Assembly: GCA_963665835.2 (NCBI GenBank)
Contig: CAXXWJ010000001.1
Location: 1,725,032-1,789,031, forward strand
Direction of reading: 5' to 3'
DNA from: Syntrophales bacterium
Lineage (GTDB): Bacteria; Desulfobacterota; Syntrophia; Syntrophales; UBA2210
DNA: 64,000 bases
Shown here: piece after piece, positions 47,685 through 59,706 of the stretch
How positions within the stretch are numbered: the stretch's first letter is position 1
Layout: every line of letters starts with the position of its first letter
The notes under the pieces: model-generated
The model's database searches: none
What the model saw: the letters and a program-made list of their open reading frames with translations, nothing else
Told to the model about the DNA's origin: nothing
Program-made: the position numbers and the translations under genes

Positions 47685-48252
47685 GCGAGCACTGTTTGGG
47701 AGCTCTCAAATGTGATTATGTAATGTTGATACTTACCTAGGTAACTATGTTGTCGCTAATGGTGGTTGCCGGGTTTCATCCATAGCACATCCGCATGGCC
47801 ACTCCCTATAGGACAAAACCTGTCAAGACATTGGGTCTGTTGATGACAGATCAAAGGGGTTTTCTCCTTATAGGCGCATCAGGTAAACATCTTACAGGAC
47901 AACTGGATATATCCCCGATAAAAATAAGGGAAGCTGTGCTGACAAAGAAAAGAGATATCAGCCGATATTACTTTCTCTGTTAAGGTATATTATCTACTCA
48001 ACTTATGTTCGACACCTTTCGAAATATGCAAGATCAATCGGCGGCCATAAGAAGAGCAAGGAGTCATTATAGATCAAGAATGTTCCAGGAACAATGTTTC
48101 AGCCGGCAAAAGGTATTATGATGTGAATTCTGGTTATAGTGAAGGTTGTCCGGTGATTTTGGTAGATTAATCACGAACATTAGAGGGGTCCCAAGAGCAA
48201 GGTGACCGGTGGGAAATGAAAGGTGTATTATAAATATTGGGAGGATCGCAGT

Positions 48253-48915
48253 TTGGAAAAAGTAATCAGTCTTGAAGAAGCTGTAGATAAGGTCGAGGAT
48301 GGGATGACTATTATGGTCGGGGGGTTCCTGGCCGTGGGAACCCCACCCAACCTGGTAGATGCATTGGTAAAAAAAGGTGTGCGTGACCTGACTGTAATAG
48401 CCAACGATACATGTTACCCAGGCGTAGGTCTTGGTAAACTTCTTATCAATCGGCAGATAAAAAAGCTAATAGCATCTCACATCGGTACGAACCCGGATAA
48501 TGAAAGGTTGATGAACGCCGGGGAGATGGAGATAGAGCTGGTTCCCCAGGGTACATTGGCAGAGCGCATCAGGTGTGGTGGCTATGGCCTGGGAGGTTTT
48601 CTTACCCCAACTGGAGTTGGAACCATAGTTGCTGATGGTAAGCAGGAAATGGTAGTTAATGGAAGAACTTATCTTTTGGAGATGCCTCTCCACGCAGATG
48701 TGGCACTCTTGGGCGCCCATAGGGCTGACAAATACGGTAACTTAACTTTCTGGCGCGCCAGCCGTAATTTCAACACCGTTATGGCCTTTGCTGCCGATGT
48801 TGTGATTGCCGAAGCTCCTACTCTGGTCGAGACCGGTGAAATAAGTCCTGAGGAGGTTATTGTTACGGGAGTCGTTGTAGACCATGTTGTGCATGCTAAT
48901 GGAGGGTGTTGCTAA
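48253..48915 (+). CDS. 3-oxoacid/acetate CoA-transferase subunit A
   Basis: (L)EKVISLEEAVDKVEDGMTIMVGGF..PQGTLAERIR. TTG at 48253 has GGGAGG 7 nt upstream. The track start 48223 is less likely. Confidence 0.85.
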   Translation: MEKVISLEEAVDKVEDGMTIMVGGFLAVGTPPNLVDALVKKGVRDLTVIANDTCYPGVGLGKLLINRQIKKLIASHIGTNPDNERLMNAGEMEIELVPQGTLAERIRCGGYGLGGFLTPTGVGTIVADGKQEMVVNGRTYLLEMPLHADVALLGAHRADKYGNLTFWRASRNFNTVMAFAADVVIAEAPTLVETGEISPEEVIVTGVVVDHVVHANGGCC

Positions 48916-49568
48916 TGGAAACAAAAGAAATAATTGCCAGAAGGATAGCTTTGGAGTTCAAGAATGGCGATATCGTAAATCTTGGTATTGGGCTCCCAAC
49001 CATGGTTTCGGAATATCTTCCCCCGGACGTCAATCTTATACTGCAATCGGAGAACGGTTTTGTTGGACTTACTACTGTTGATGAGGTGGATCCCAGTTTG
49101 ATCAATGCTGGAGGAAAGCATGTCGGTATTATTCCTGGTGCAGCGATGTTCGACAGTGCCACATCTTTCGGGATAATGCGTGGTGGCCATGTTGATGCCA
49201 CCGTGCTGGGCGGGCTACAGGTTGACTCAAAGGGAAGCCTTGCCAATTGGATGGTCCCGGGAAAGCGTGTGCCTGGCATGGGTGGTGCCATGGATTTAGT
49301 TTCGGGAGCGAAAAAAGTTATCATCGGCATGGAGCATGCCTCTAAGGACGGTGAGTCTAAGATTGTTGAATTGTGTGACCTGCCCCTTACAGGTAAGGAG
49401 GTGGTGGATTTGATTGTTACTGAGCTTGCCGTAATAAATGTAACAGATGAAGGATTGGTTTTAACTGAAATCGCCCCCGGTGTTACTGTAGAAGATGTCG
49501 TGGCAAAAACCGGGGCAAAGTTAATAATCAGCCCTGATTTAACAACGATGAAGGGTATTGAAAATTAA
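48915..49568 (+). CDS. 3-oxoacid/acetate CoA-transferase subunit B
   Basis: IARRIALEFKNGDIVNLGIGLPT..SENG (catalytic Glu motif)..GMGGAMDL. TAATG overlap with subunit A. Confidence 0.88.
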   Translation: METKEIIARRIALEFKNGDIVNLGIGLPTMVSEYLPPDVNLILQSENGFVGLTTVDEVDPSLINAGGKHVGIIPGAAMFDSATSFGIMRGGHVDATVLGGLQVDSKGSLANWMVPGKRVPGMGGAMDLVSGAKKVIIGMEHASKDGESKIVELCDLPLTGKEVVDLIVTELAVINVTDEGLVLTEIAPGVTVEDVVAKTGAKLIISPDLTTMKGIEN

Positions 49569-49880
49569 ATTAAAGGCAAAAAGAGCTTTATGATTTTTTG
49601 AAGCAATTCCCAGGGTCCGCTTTCTTTATCGAGTTGGCCCTGGGATGGGCTATCAGTAACCAGATTACTGATTCGCTTGTTTTTTAAATAGTACAAAGGT
49701 TTGTCCCCGTCCCTTGGAGCGTTCGCCGCTTTAATAGATATTCCGCTACATTCGGCGGGGTAGTTCATTGTTAAAATCCTTTAAAGAAGACTTGGAAGAT
49801 TGTTCACATAAGCTTTGCTGTTGGCACTATGAAGCTTATTAACTTAATATAAATAATATGATTTTAGAGGGAGTATTGTT

Positions 49881-51029
49881 ATGAATCTTGGATTAACAGA
49901 AGATCAGATGGCCGTAAGAGATATGGTCCGGAAGTTTGCAGAAAAGGAAATCAAGCCAGTCGCTGCAGAGTTGGATGAAACGCACAGACACCCTGAAGAG
50001 ATATGCCGTAAGCTGGGCGAAATGGGGATTATGGGAGTTGCTATTCCTACTGAATATGGCGGTGCCGGAATGGATGCCGTAACCTACGTTTTGTGCATGA
50101 TCGAGATCTCAAAAGCCTGCGCAAGTTGTGGTTGTATAACCACTGTGAATAATACGTTATATGGGTACCCTGTGCTGAAATTTGGTACTGAGGAGCAAAA
50201 GCACAAGTTCCTGGAACCTGTAGCCGGTGGCAAGGTAGAGGGTTGCTATGGTTTAACGGAAGCGGGTGCAGGTTCCGATGCCGGCTCCCTGAAGTGCCGG
50301 GCCGAGCTGAAAGGCGACAAGTATGTAGTAAACGGCGCAAAGCTGTTCATCACGAATGGTAACGTCGCACAGTACTGTGTCTTGGCAGTTACAACCGATC
50401 CGTCTAAGGGGTATAAGGGTGTGATAAACTTGGTTGTTGATTTGAAAAACACCCCCGGGTTCAAGGTTGGCAAGATCGAAGATAAACTGGGAATTCATGC
50501 TACGGGAACGGCTGAACTTGTTTTTGAGGATGCAGAGGTCCCGGTAGAAAATCTCCTTGGTAAACCCGGTGAGGGCTTCAAGCAGATGCTCCATGGTCTT
50601 GATGCGGGCAGGATAGGTGTAGGTGCCCAGGCCTGTGGTATCGGTAGAGCTGCACTGGAGGATGCATTGGCCTATTCAAAGGAAAGGATGCAGTTCGGTA
50701 ATTCAATCTCTACCTTCCAGGCTACCCAGTTCAAATTGGCCGAAATGGCCACGGAGCTTGATGCCGCCGAGTTGCTGCTCTTGCGTGCCGCCTGGAGAGA
50801 GGATAATGGCCTTGATTTTGAAAAGGAAGCGGCTATGGCAAAATATTATGCTTCCGATGTTGCCATGAGGGCTGCCATCGAGGGTGTTCAGATATTCGGA
50901 GGCTACGGATATATTAAGGAATATCCGGCCGAACGTCATATGCGCGATGCCAAGATCTGCCAGATATATGAAGGAACCAATGAAATTCAGAGGATGGTGA
51001 TTGCCAGAAAACTCCTGGAAATGAGGTAA
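49881..51029 (+). CDS. Acyl-CoA dehydrogenase (short/butyryl-chain type)
   Basis: GLTEAGAGSDAGS, ITNG and YEGTNEIQRMVIAR patterns; 382 aa. Confidence 0.9.
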   Translation: MNLGLTEDQMAVRDMVRKFAEKEIKPVAAELDETHRHPEEICRKLGEMGIMGVAIPTEYGGAGMDAVTYVLCMIEISKACASCGCITTVNNTLYGYPVLKFGTEEQKHKFLEPVAGGKVEGCYGLTEAGAGSDAGSLKCRAELKGDKYVVNGAKLFITNGNVAQYCVLAVTTDPSKGYKGVINLVVDLKNTPGFKVGKIEDKLGIHATGTAELVFEDAEVPVENLLGKPGEGFKQMLHGLDAGRIGVGAQACGIGRAALEDALAYSKERMQFGNSISTFQATQFKLAEMATELDAAELLLLRAAWREDNGLDFEKEAAMAKYYASDVAMRAAIEGVQIFGGYGYIKEYPAERHMRDAKICQIYEGTNEIQRMVIARKLLEMR

Positions 51030-51672
51030 GCCTGGTAGCCGTCATTTCAGGTTTTTAGTGTTGTTGGTTAGATTCCTGAATTTATGGATTTTCGCTTTAT
51101 ATTTGAAGCTCTTTAACAGCATTTTATAGATATCGGTGTTACGTCTGTCGATCCTGAATTCACATGTTTAAATTCTAAAATGTGCTTATGGCTTGCATGC
51201 CAATGTGAAATTCAACGATCTTTTGCACTGCAAGAGATAGGGAGGGCTGTATTTACGGATATAGTCCTCTCTAATGATTCTTTTCACGGTGAATGGTATT
51301 CGGGATAGACGCTGAACCTTTACCGAGTCCCGGATTTTTTCCCTGCACTGCAACCCTGTTCTCCATAGACCCTAAGTAAAAGTAATTAGCTGTGGGTTCA
51401 TCATGAGGGGAGGTTTTCTCTGTGCCATTTTTCCAAGGGTGATGTGAATATCCCGATTCACCGTGTTGATCTTTGTTTTTGTTAAAAGGGCAAGGGTCCG
51501 TTTGTAAGGACGGGAGGCGGAGCTTTGGCTTTGTCTCCAACGGGGAAGCTGATTCTGCGGAATGCGGAAGGAAAGAAAAAAGAAAACCCCTGCGTATTTT
51601 TCTAGGATGTTAAGCCTTGGAGAACCGCAGTAATAGAAGTTCTGTCGTAGATTGGAAAGGGAGGAGGTAATC

Positions 51673-51969
51673 ATGCCTTGTGATATAGAATATGTTCCTG
51701 GGACTTTCTGTAAAAAGATTAATTGTTCCTACCATAAGATCTTGGAGCAATCGAGCAACGGAGATTATGTCAGAAACAAAAAGATCCTTTGTGATGATTG
51801 CTATGCCTGGCAATTTTGTAACTGGTTAAAGGAAAATGATTGGAAGGTAATGAAGTCGCTAAAAGAAATACCTCGGATGTCAGGTAAGGAGCTGGCGCTC
51901 CATATTAAGGGAATAGTTGATACTGACATTGCGGAAGATCTTTCTTTGGATGATGTTCTTTGCCTGTAA
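51673..51969 (+). CDS. Cysteine-rich small hypothetical protein
   Basis: GGGAGGAGG lies before the ATG at 51673. The Cys pattern is C..C....C and CDDC....C. No family recognised. Confidence 0.45.
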   Translation: MPCDIEYVPGTFCKKINCSYHKILEQSSNGDYVRNKKILCDDCYAWQFCNWLKENDWKVMKSLKEIPRMSGKELALHIKGIVDTDIAEDLSLDDVLCL

Positions 51970-52418
51970 ACGAGAAGAGCCTCTGGTAAATTCAAAAGTT
52001 TTGTTTTTGTAAAATCCCTTGGTAAGATCCCTTGCTCCTTGCCAGGGGGTGTAAGGGGGGAAAGGACGGGGGGCGGTTTGCCCCCCTGATCCTCCCAAGC
52101 AGAAAAGATGGTTTGATCATCCGAAATGCAAGATAACTATCCCAAATTATCCTGAAATCCCTTTTTATAAACTTCCGCTACCACAGCCTTTCCCAGTTGC
52201 CTTTTGGGGTGGCCCCCTGTGTTGTACCCTAAAAAGCTTAGCAAATGTTTTGAAACTTCCCAGGTGCTGTCCTAAATGACTTAAATATGGCATGTGTGAT
52301 TGACTCCATATAATATTGACCTAATATGATAAAAATGTTACTTGAATTTCACTCCAAGGGGGGGTATCGGTTGGACCTTTAAAAACCTCAAGGATAAAAA
52401 TCCTCAAGGTATAAAAGA

Positions 52419-53165
52419 GTGTTATTTGGTATGAAGAAGAGTGTTTTGGCAGGAATTTTCTTTAGATCTTTATCCATGCAGTCTTCGTGGAATTTCCGTA
52501 GTATGCAGAACCTGGGTTTTGCCTATTGTCTTATTCCCCTGGCGAAATGCGGGATAAACAAAAAGTGGGTCTGTGGGATGCTGACACGTCACCTGCGCCC
52601 GTTCAGCTCTAATCCCTATCTTACAGGGGCTATAATTGCTTCTGTTGCCAGGCTCGAAGAGGAATCTTTTGGGGGCAGCGACTGTCCAAGGGCCGTTATT
52701 CTTAAAGAAGCGCTGATGGCTCCATACGCCGCGGCAGGTGACCCTTTCTTCTGGGGAGGCCTAAGGCTATTTTCTTCGGTGGCTGGTGTTATCCTTGCTT
52801 TTGAGGAGTTTCTTTTTGCCCCCCTGTTTCTACTTCTCATATATAATTCGATTCATATCTGGATACGGCTGAAAGGTTTTGTAGAGGGATATAGAGATGC
52901 AAAAGGTGGAATAGCTTTTATGGGAAAGATGGCTCTGCCCCATAAGACAAAAATTCTCAAGTGGTCTGCTGCGGTTTTTATTGCGATTTTGGGGGCTTGT
53001 TTGATGGATCTTTCTTTTCCCATTCTTGGTTTTTCCTGGCCCTTGGCTCTTGCGGGAACTCTTGTAATCATCCTTTTATCCTATTATCTGATTAGCAGGG
53101 GGGTGTCCTCTATCGCATTACTTTACGGAGGAGCTTTCTTTTCTTTGGCGTTGGCATGGGTATGA
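52419..53165 (+). CDS. PTS mannose-family EIID-like membrane component
   Basis: FFRSLSMQSSWNFRSMQNLGFAYCLIP matches the IID signature region; multi-TM. The start could be the Met at 52431. Confidence 0.7.
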   Translation: MLFGMKKSVLAGIFFRSLSMQSSWNFRSMQNLGFAYCLIPLAKCGINKKWVCGMLTRHLRPFSSNPYLTGAIIASVARLEEESFGGSDCPRAVILKEALMAPYAAAGDPFFWGGLRLFSSVAGVILAFEEFLFAPLFLLLIYNSIHIWIRLKGFVEGYRDAKGGIAFMGKMALPHKTKILKWSAAVFIAILGACLMDLSFPILGFSWPLALAGTLVIILLSYYLISRGVSSIALLYGGAFFSLALAWV

Positions 53166-53431
53166 AGAGGATAAAAACGTTCACCTTGAAAAACAAACTG
53201 GGGCTTCATGCAAGGGCAGCTGCAAAGATAGTCAATGCATCGGGGAAGTATGATGCTAAGGTGTTTCTTTCAAAAGACAGGGGAAAGGTTGATGGGAAGA
53301 GCATACTTGACATACTGACGCTTGCCTGTCCCATGGGTGGCCAGGTTACCGTTGAGGCCGTGGGGCCTGATGCCGAGGGTGCCATCCAGGAGATTGAACA
53401 GATAATAGAAAGTAAATTTGGAGAAGAATAA
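53162..53431 (+). CDS. ptsH: HPr-family phosphocarrier protein
   Basis: LGLHARAAAKIV (His-15 region) and GKSILDILTL (Ser-46 region). ATGA overlap with the IID-like gene. Confidence 0.88.
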   Translation: MKRIKTFTLKNKLGLHARAAAKIVNASGKYDAKVFLSKDRGKVDGKSILDILTLACPMGGQVTVEAVGPDAEGAIQEIEQIIESKFGEE

Positions 53432-53452
53432 TTGGGCGAGAATGAACTCAAG

Positions 53453-55216
53453 ATGACAGCTGCTCTGAAAGGTATCGGGGTGTCGCCGGGTATTGTTATA
53501 GGTCGCGCCTATGCCCTGAATCACCACGATGTCAAGGAATCTCTTTATAAACTGGAGGATGATAGTTTCATATCGAGAGAGGTTAAGCGGTTCAAGAAAG
53601 CCCTTAAGGATTCGAAAAAGGAGTTGATTGATATAAAGAAGGAGATAGGCGATCACAAGGGTATCGGCCCGCTGCTTATCGATGTCTATATCATGATACT
53701 GGAAGATAAAACCCTTGTTGAGAACACCATAAAAAACATTGAGTATAATTGTATAAATGCCGAGTGGGCCTTGACGATGATGATCTCCAGCCACAAGAAG
53801 ATCTTCGATGCCATGGAGGACGGGTATCTAAGGGAGCGTATCAAAGATCTGGAGTATGTGGGGCAGAGGGTACTAAGAAATCTATCCGGCAAGAGACATG
53901 AAAAGATATCCGACATAGAAGCAGAGGTTGTGGTTGTTGCCAGGGATCTCTCACCTGCGGATACGGTTCAGATGGCGACGAGGAAAATATTGGGATTTGC
54001 CACTGATATGGGAGGGAAGACCTCGCATACCGCGATCGTCGCCAAATCTCTGGAGATCCCGGCGGTTGTAGGTTTGGAGAGAATTACTTCCGAAGTAAGT
54101 ACCGGGGACCTTATTATTGTCGACGGTACAGCTGGATTCGTTATTGTCAATCCCGATCCTGAGGTAATAAAGAGGTATGAGGATAAAAAACGGCATTACC
54201 TCGCCATGGAAAAGGATATGCTAAAGGATGCTCACCTTCCTGCCATGACGACCGATGGCCACGGTGTTGGTGTCGGAGCAAACATAGAGTTTGTTGAAGA
54301 GATACCCTCGGCCACCTTTCACGGGGCAAACGGTGTTGGCCTGTACCGCACTGAATTCATATATATAAACAGGAAAGAACTGCCTACCGAGGAAGAGCAT
54401 TTTCAAAACTACAAGACCGTTGTAGAGGGGGAAGGAATCAAGTGGGCCACCATACGGACCTTTGACCTTGGGGGTGACAAGTTTATCTCCGATGCGGGCC
54501 TGGCTGAAGAGATGAACCCTGTTATGGGCCTTAGGGCAATACGTTTCTGTCTACAGGAGGTTGAACTCTTCAAGGTTCAGCTGCGTGCAATCCTTCGTGC
54601 CAGCGCCTACGGGAACACCGGTATTTTGCTGCCCATGATATCTGGAGTCAAGGAGATCATGGATGCCAGGAAGATAATCGACGCGGTAAAAGAGGAGCTA
54701 TTGTCGGAAGGTACGCCTATTAATGAGCATATAAAGATAGGAGCTATGATAGAGGTGCCCTCTGCGGTAATAATGGCGAAGGAACTGGCCCAGAAGGTGG
54801 ATTTTTTCAGTATCGGGACCAATGATCTTATACAGTATGCTCTTGCTATAGACAGGGTTAATGAACGAGTAACATATCTTTATGAGCCCCTTCATCCGGC
54901 CATATTACGGATGCTCAGACAGGTAGTAGATGCCGGGCATGGTGAGGGCATAAAGGTTGCGATGTGTGGTGAAATGGCTGGTGATCCCCTTTGTACGCCC
55001 ATTCTTTTAGGTCTTGAACTGGATGGCCTCAGTATGACACCTCTGGCCATCCCCCGTGTGAAAAAAATAATAAGGAAATCGACGGTCAGAGAATCAAAGG
55101 AGTTATTGGAAAAGGTGATGACCTTTTCAACGGCCCCCGAGATTGAGGAATATGTAAAAGAGTATATGATTCGAAGATTTCCGGAGTGCTGTCCTGTTGA
55201 CTGGCAGGTGGGCTAA
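53453..55216 (+). CDS. ptsI: Phosphoenolpyruvate--protein phosphotransferase (Enzyme I)
   Basis: GIGVSPGIVIGRA, GGKTSHTAIVA (active-site His), GLYRTEF and IGTNDLIQY motifs. Confidence 0.92.
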   Translation: MTAALKGIGVSPGIVIGRAYALNHHDVKESLYKLEDDSFISREVKRFKKALKDSKKELIDIKKEIGDHKGIGPLLIDVYIMILEDKTLVENTIKNIEYNCINAEWALTMMISSHKKIFDAMEDGYLRERIKDLEYVGQRVLRNLSGKRHEKISDIEAEVVVVARDLSPADTVQMATRKILGFATDMGGKTSHTAIVAKSLEIPAVVGLERITSEVSTGDLIIVDGTAGFVIVNPDPEVIKRYEDKKRHYLAMEKDMLKDAHLPAMTTDGHGVGVGANIEFVEEIPSATFHGANGVGLYRTEFIYINRKELPTEEEHFQNYKTVVEGEGIKWATIRTFDLGGDKFISDAGLAEEMNPVMGLRAIRFCLQEVELFKVQLRAILRASAYGNTGILLPMISGVKEIMDARKIIDAVKEELLSEGTPINEHIKIGAMIEVPSAVIMAKELAQKVDFFSIGTNDLIQYALAIDRVNERVTYLYEPLHPAILRMLRQVVDAGHGEGIKVAMCGEMAGDPLCTPILLGLELDGLSMTPLAIPRVKKIIRKSTVRESKELLEKVMTFSTAPEIEEYVKEYMIRRFPECCPVDWQVG

Positions 55217-55247
55217 AGCGCAAGGCCTCCAGATAAAAAGAAGACCT

Positions 55248-57848
55248 ATGGTAACCAGATCAAAATTGATACGTTTTGGAAGGTGGGTAGGTGAGTCTTA
55301 CAGCGGGCTCCTCTATGAAGAAAAAACTTCTCCCCTTTCCCGGTTTCTGAGCAAGACGTTTTCCCGGGTAAAGGCGGACGATCAGGATCTGCAGAAACTC
55401 AAAGACCTCTCAAAAAAAGGGATTGTCGTACATGCCCTGAAGAATCAAAGCCAGCTGAATTGCCTTATACTCAGGAATGTCTTGTCCCGGGGGTGCGTTC
55501 CGAGGCCCTTGTATTGCCACGACGTTAACATGATCATATGGCAACCCTTTATGGATGCCTTCAGGACTATTATTTCACGGTGGTTTCATAACCCTTTCAG
55601 GGATAAGTTTCTGAAAAAAATAACGAAGAATGGGGAGAGTTCCATTGTATATCTGCGCGGATCAAAGTTTATAGGGGAACGTAGTGAGAAGGACCCTCTG
55701 ATCCAGCTGATTGATGCGCAGGGGGAAATTGATCTACCTGTCTTTTTGGTCCCACATCTTATTGCCTATGGGCGCAGACGGGAAAAAAAAGACAAGAGTA
55801 TTGCGGACCTGTTGTTTGGTCAAACTGAGAATCCCGGGATGCTGAGGAGGTTTGTAACCTTCTGTCGCTATTATCAAAAGGCCTTTATAATATCATGTGA
55901 GCCTGTAAATCTATCAGAATTTCTTAAAAAAAACAGTGGAGAATCGAGAGAAACGATAATCTATCTTTTGCGGCGTGAAATCATAGACCGTATAGATGCG
56001 GAGAAAAGAGCCACTGTTGGGCCTGTTCTGAAATCAAGGGAAGAAATCGTGGAAATGGCCCTTAGGGACCCGGAACTGGTTAGCTTCATGGAGGAGATGG
56101 CATCTACCGGGGACGAGGGCTACGAAACCATAGAAAACAAGGCAAAGGGATATCTGCTAGAGATAGCAGCCGGGTATAACGAGACTTACTTGGGATTCAT
56201 GGACAGGATACTCACCTGGCTTTGGGATAATATATATGATGGCGTCGTTGTAGAAAAGGAGGGCCTGGTAAAGATGAGAGAGCTTTCCAAGAAGATGCCC
56301 TTTGTTGTTATACCATGCCATCGCAGCCATGTGGACTATCTCCTGATCAACTATGTCTTCTACTACCACAATATACAGATTCCTTTTGTTGCAGCAGGTG
56401 CAAACCTGAGTTTCTGGCCCCTTGGTTACTTTTTCAGAAGCTTGGGAGCTTTTTTTATACGAAGGAAAATAGGTGACAATACCCTGTACCGTGAAGCCCT
56501 TTCAAAGTACATCAAAACTCTCCTGAAAGAGGGCCTTCCCGTAGAATTTTTTATCGAAGGAGGGCGCAGCCGTACCGGGAAGATGGTGATGCCCAAATAC
56601 GGACTACTTTCAATGATAATGCAGGCATACAGCGAATCAAACTTCGATGATCTGGCCATTATCCCTGTATTTGTAGGCTATGACAGGGTGGTGGAGGAAC
56701 GATCCTATCTTAAGGAGTTGGGGGGCGGCAGTAAAGAGACGGAAAAGATATCTTCTCTTCTCAAGAGTATCAACGTTGTCAAGAGGCGTTATGGAAGGGT
56801 GTACATGAATGTCGGAAAGCCTATGCTGCTCAAGTCTTACCTGGCCTCTCAGGAAAGCCCGATATCAGAAATGACATTGGATGACAGGAGACGCCTTTAC
56901 AGACGTCTGGGATACGAGGTTGTAAATGAGATAAACAAGGTATCAGTAGTAACGCCATCCTCCCTGGTTGCTGCAGGGCTGCTGTCATATTATCGCAGAG
57001 GGATATCGCACGATGACCTTATGGCCATTCTCAAGGAATTTTACGATTACCTGGAGCACCGGGGTGTGGGCTTTTCTTCAACTTTTGAGAATAAGGAAAG
57101 AACTATCAACGATACCTTGGGTGTCTTTGAAGCATCTGGTTTTATATCCAAGCTGGGCCCGGAGGAGGAAGAGGATGATGAATTTGCCGAGACAATATAC
57201 TCCGTGGATGAAAATAAGCGATTGAATCTAGAATACTACAAGAATAACCTGCTCCATTCCTTTGTATCTTTGGCCTTTGTCTCTCTTTCTATCCTTTCAG
57301 GGGTTAGAACCAGGGTGCCTATGTCGGACATAGTGGAGGATTACTCTTTTTTCAAAGCATTGTTCGTAGACGAGTTTATCTATGACAATAATGTGGATGA
57401 TGGTGAAGAAATTCGTAAGGTCTTATCCTATGCGCAAGGCAGGGGAATGGTTTTTATAGATAAAAAGATTGAAGATTTGGAGTCTGTTGAAGTGACCGGA
57501 AAGGGGCGCGCTTACCTCCACGCCTTTGCAGGGCTCATCCAGAATTATATCGAATCGTACTGGATTGCATCCAGGGGTTGTGCATATCTTAAAGGCAAGG
57601 ATAGAACCGAAAAAGATCTTATTAGGAAAATCAACAAGCTGGGGGTCAAGATGTACAAAAAGGGGGAGATATCCAAGGCAGAGGCACTTTCTCAGTCAAA
57701 TTACAAGAACGCACTCAAGTTTCTTGCTGGGGATGGTGTGATATCAATTTCCAGCGAAGAAGAGGGGGAAGGTGTAAAAACATTATCTATTGTTGAGAAG
57801 GGGGAACTGGAGTCTCTAAGGCGAAAGCTTTTCAGGTTTATGCATTGA
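55248..57848 (+). CDS. plsB: Glycerol-3-phosphate acyltransferase PlsB-like
   Basis: Acyltransferase blocks CHRSHVDYLL, GAFFIRR, FFIEGGRSRTGK and IIPVFVGYD; ~866 aa. Start set at MVTRSK (55248). Confidence 0.82.
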   Translation: MVTRSKLIRFGRWVGESYSGLLYEEKTSPLSRFLSKTFSRVKADDQDLQKLKDLSKKGIVVHALKNQSQLNCLILRNVLSRGCVPRPLYCHDVNMIIWQPFMDAFRTIISRWFHNPFRDKFLKKITKNGESSIVYLRGSKFIGERSEKDPLIQLIDAQGEIDLPVFLVPHLIAYGRRREKKDKSIADLLFGQTENPGMLRRFVTFCRYYQKAFIISCEPVNLSEFLKKNSGESRETIIYLLRREIIDRIDAEKRATVGPVLKSREEIVEMALRDPELVSFMEEMASTGDEGYETIENKAKGYLLEIAAGYNETYLGFMDRILTWLWDNIYDGVVVEKEGLVKMRELSKKMPFVVIPCHRSHVDYLLINYVFYYHNIQIPFVAAGANLSFWPLGYFFRSLGAFFIRRKIGDNTLYREALSKYIKTLLKEGLPVEFFIEGGRSRTGKMVMPKYGLLSMIMQAYSESNFDDLAIIPVFVGYDRVVEERSYLKELGGGSKETEKISSLLKSINVVKRRYGRVYMNVGKPMLLKSYLASQESPISEMTLDDRRRLYRRLGYEVVNEINKVSVVTPSSLVAAGLLSYYRRGISHDDLMAILKEFYDYLEHRGVGFSSTFENKERTINDTLGVFEASGFISKLGPEEEEDDEFAETIYSVDENKRLNLEYYKNNLLHSFVSLAFVSLSILSGVRTRVPMSDIVEDYSFFKALFVDEFIYDNNVDDGEEIRKVLSYAQGRGMVFIDKKIEDLESVEVTGKGRAYLHAFAGLIQNYIESYWIASRGCAYLKGKDRTEKDLIRKINKLGVKMYKKGEISKAEALSQSNYKNALKFLAGDGVISISSEEEGEGVKTLSIVEKGELESLRRKLFRFMH

Positions 57849-57898
57849 TTTTAGCAAGGAGCCCCAGGTTATGTGCCCGGGACCCCTTGTCTGGGTTT

Positions 57899-59212
<1,314 letters not shown>

Positions 59213-59386
59213 CTAAAAGGTTTTCACTTACTGTGGATATCTCTATTATACTGACGCGGATGGATTTTCAAGGCAAGAAACTATAATGAAGGAAAATTTA
59301 GGCGTGGACAAGAGCAGAAGCCAATATGCGTGGTAAATAAAAAGGTGCCGGGGACCCGTAACGAATACGGCTACCCGGCAAGTTAT

Positions 59387-59701
59387 TTACGCCACTATCC
59401 CTTTGACCTGCTTAGCGATTGATGCTGAGAAATCTTCTATAGCAGAAGAAGACGATGATCGAATTCCGGCGGACGCCTTTCGAGCTTCTCCTATCTTTTT
59501 CTGAGCCTCATCATTTGCCCTGGAGACTATCTCATCGCGTTCTTTTTTGAACGTCTCCACCAGCAGCTCTTCTGATAACAACTCTCTAGCTTTCTTGTTG
59601 GCATCTTCCAGGATGCCACGCGCCTCCGAACGAGCCGTATCTATCAACTTCTCAGCTGCCTGTTCTATCTCTCTTATCGTGTCGCGTATTTCTTCTGGCA
59701 T
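59387..59701 (-). CDS. V/A-type ATPase subunit H/G-like coiled-coil protein
   Basis: 104-aa all-helical Glu/Lys/Ala-rich protein (IREIEQAAEKLIDTARSEARGILEDANKKARELL), typical of the peripheral-stalk H/G subunit. It lies at the distal end of the ATPase operon. Confidence 0.55.
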   Translation of the reverse strand: MPEEIRDTIREIEQAAEKLIDTARSEARGILEDANKKARELLSEELLVETFKKERDEIVSRANDEAQKKIGEARKASAGIRSSSSSAIEDFSASIAKQVKGIVA

Positions 59702-59706
59702 GACGC

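Noticed and set aside
51040-51650. Overlapping minus-strand ORFs (89 aa and 100 aa) in the 600-bp gap after the acyl-CoA dehydrogenase gene.
   Set aside because: They are mutually overlapping and motif-less, with no start context. They are left unannotated.
52286-52302. TGGCATGTGTGATTGAC looks like a sigma-54 (-24/-12) promoter upstream of the PTS-like genes.
   Set aside because: The GG-to-GC spacing is off by one and the -12 element reads TTGA rather than TTGC. The match is too weak.
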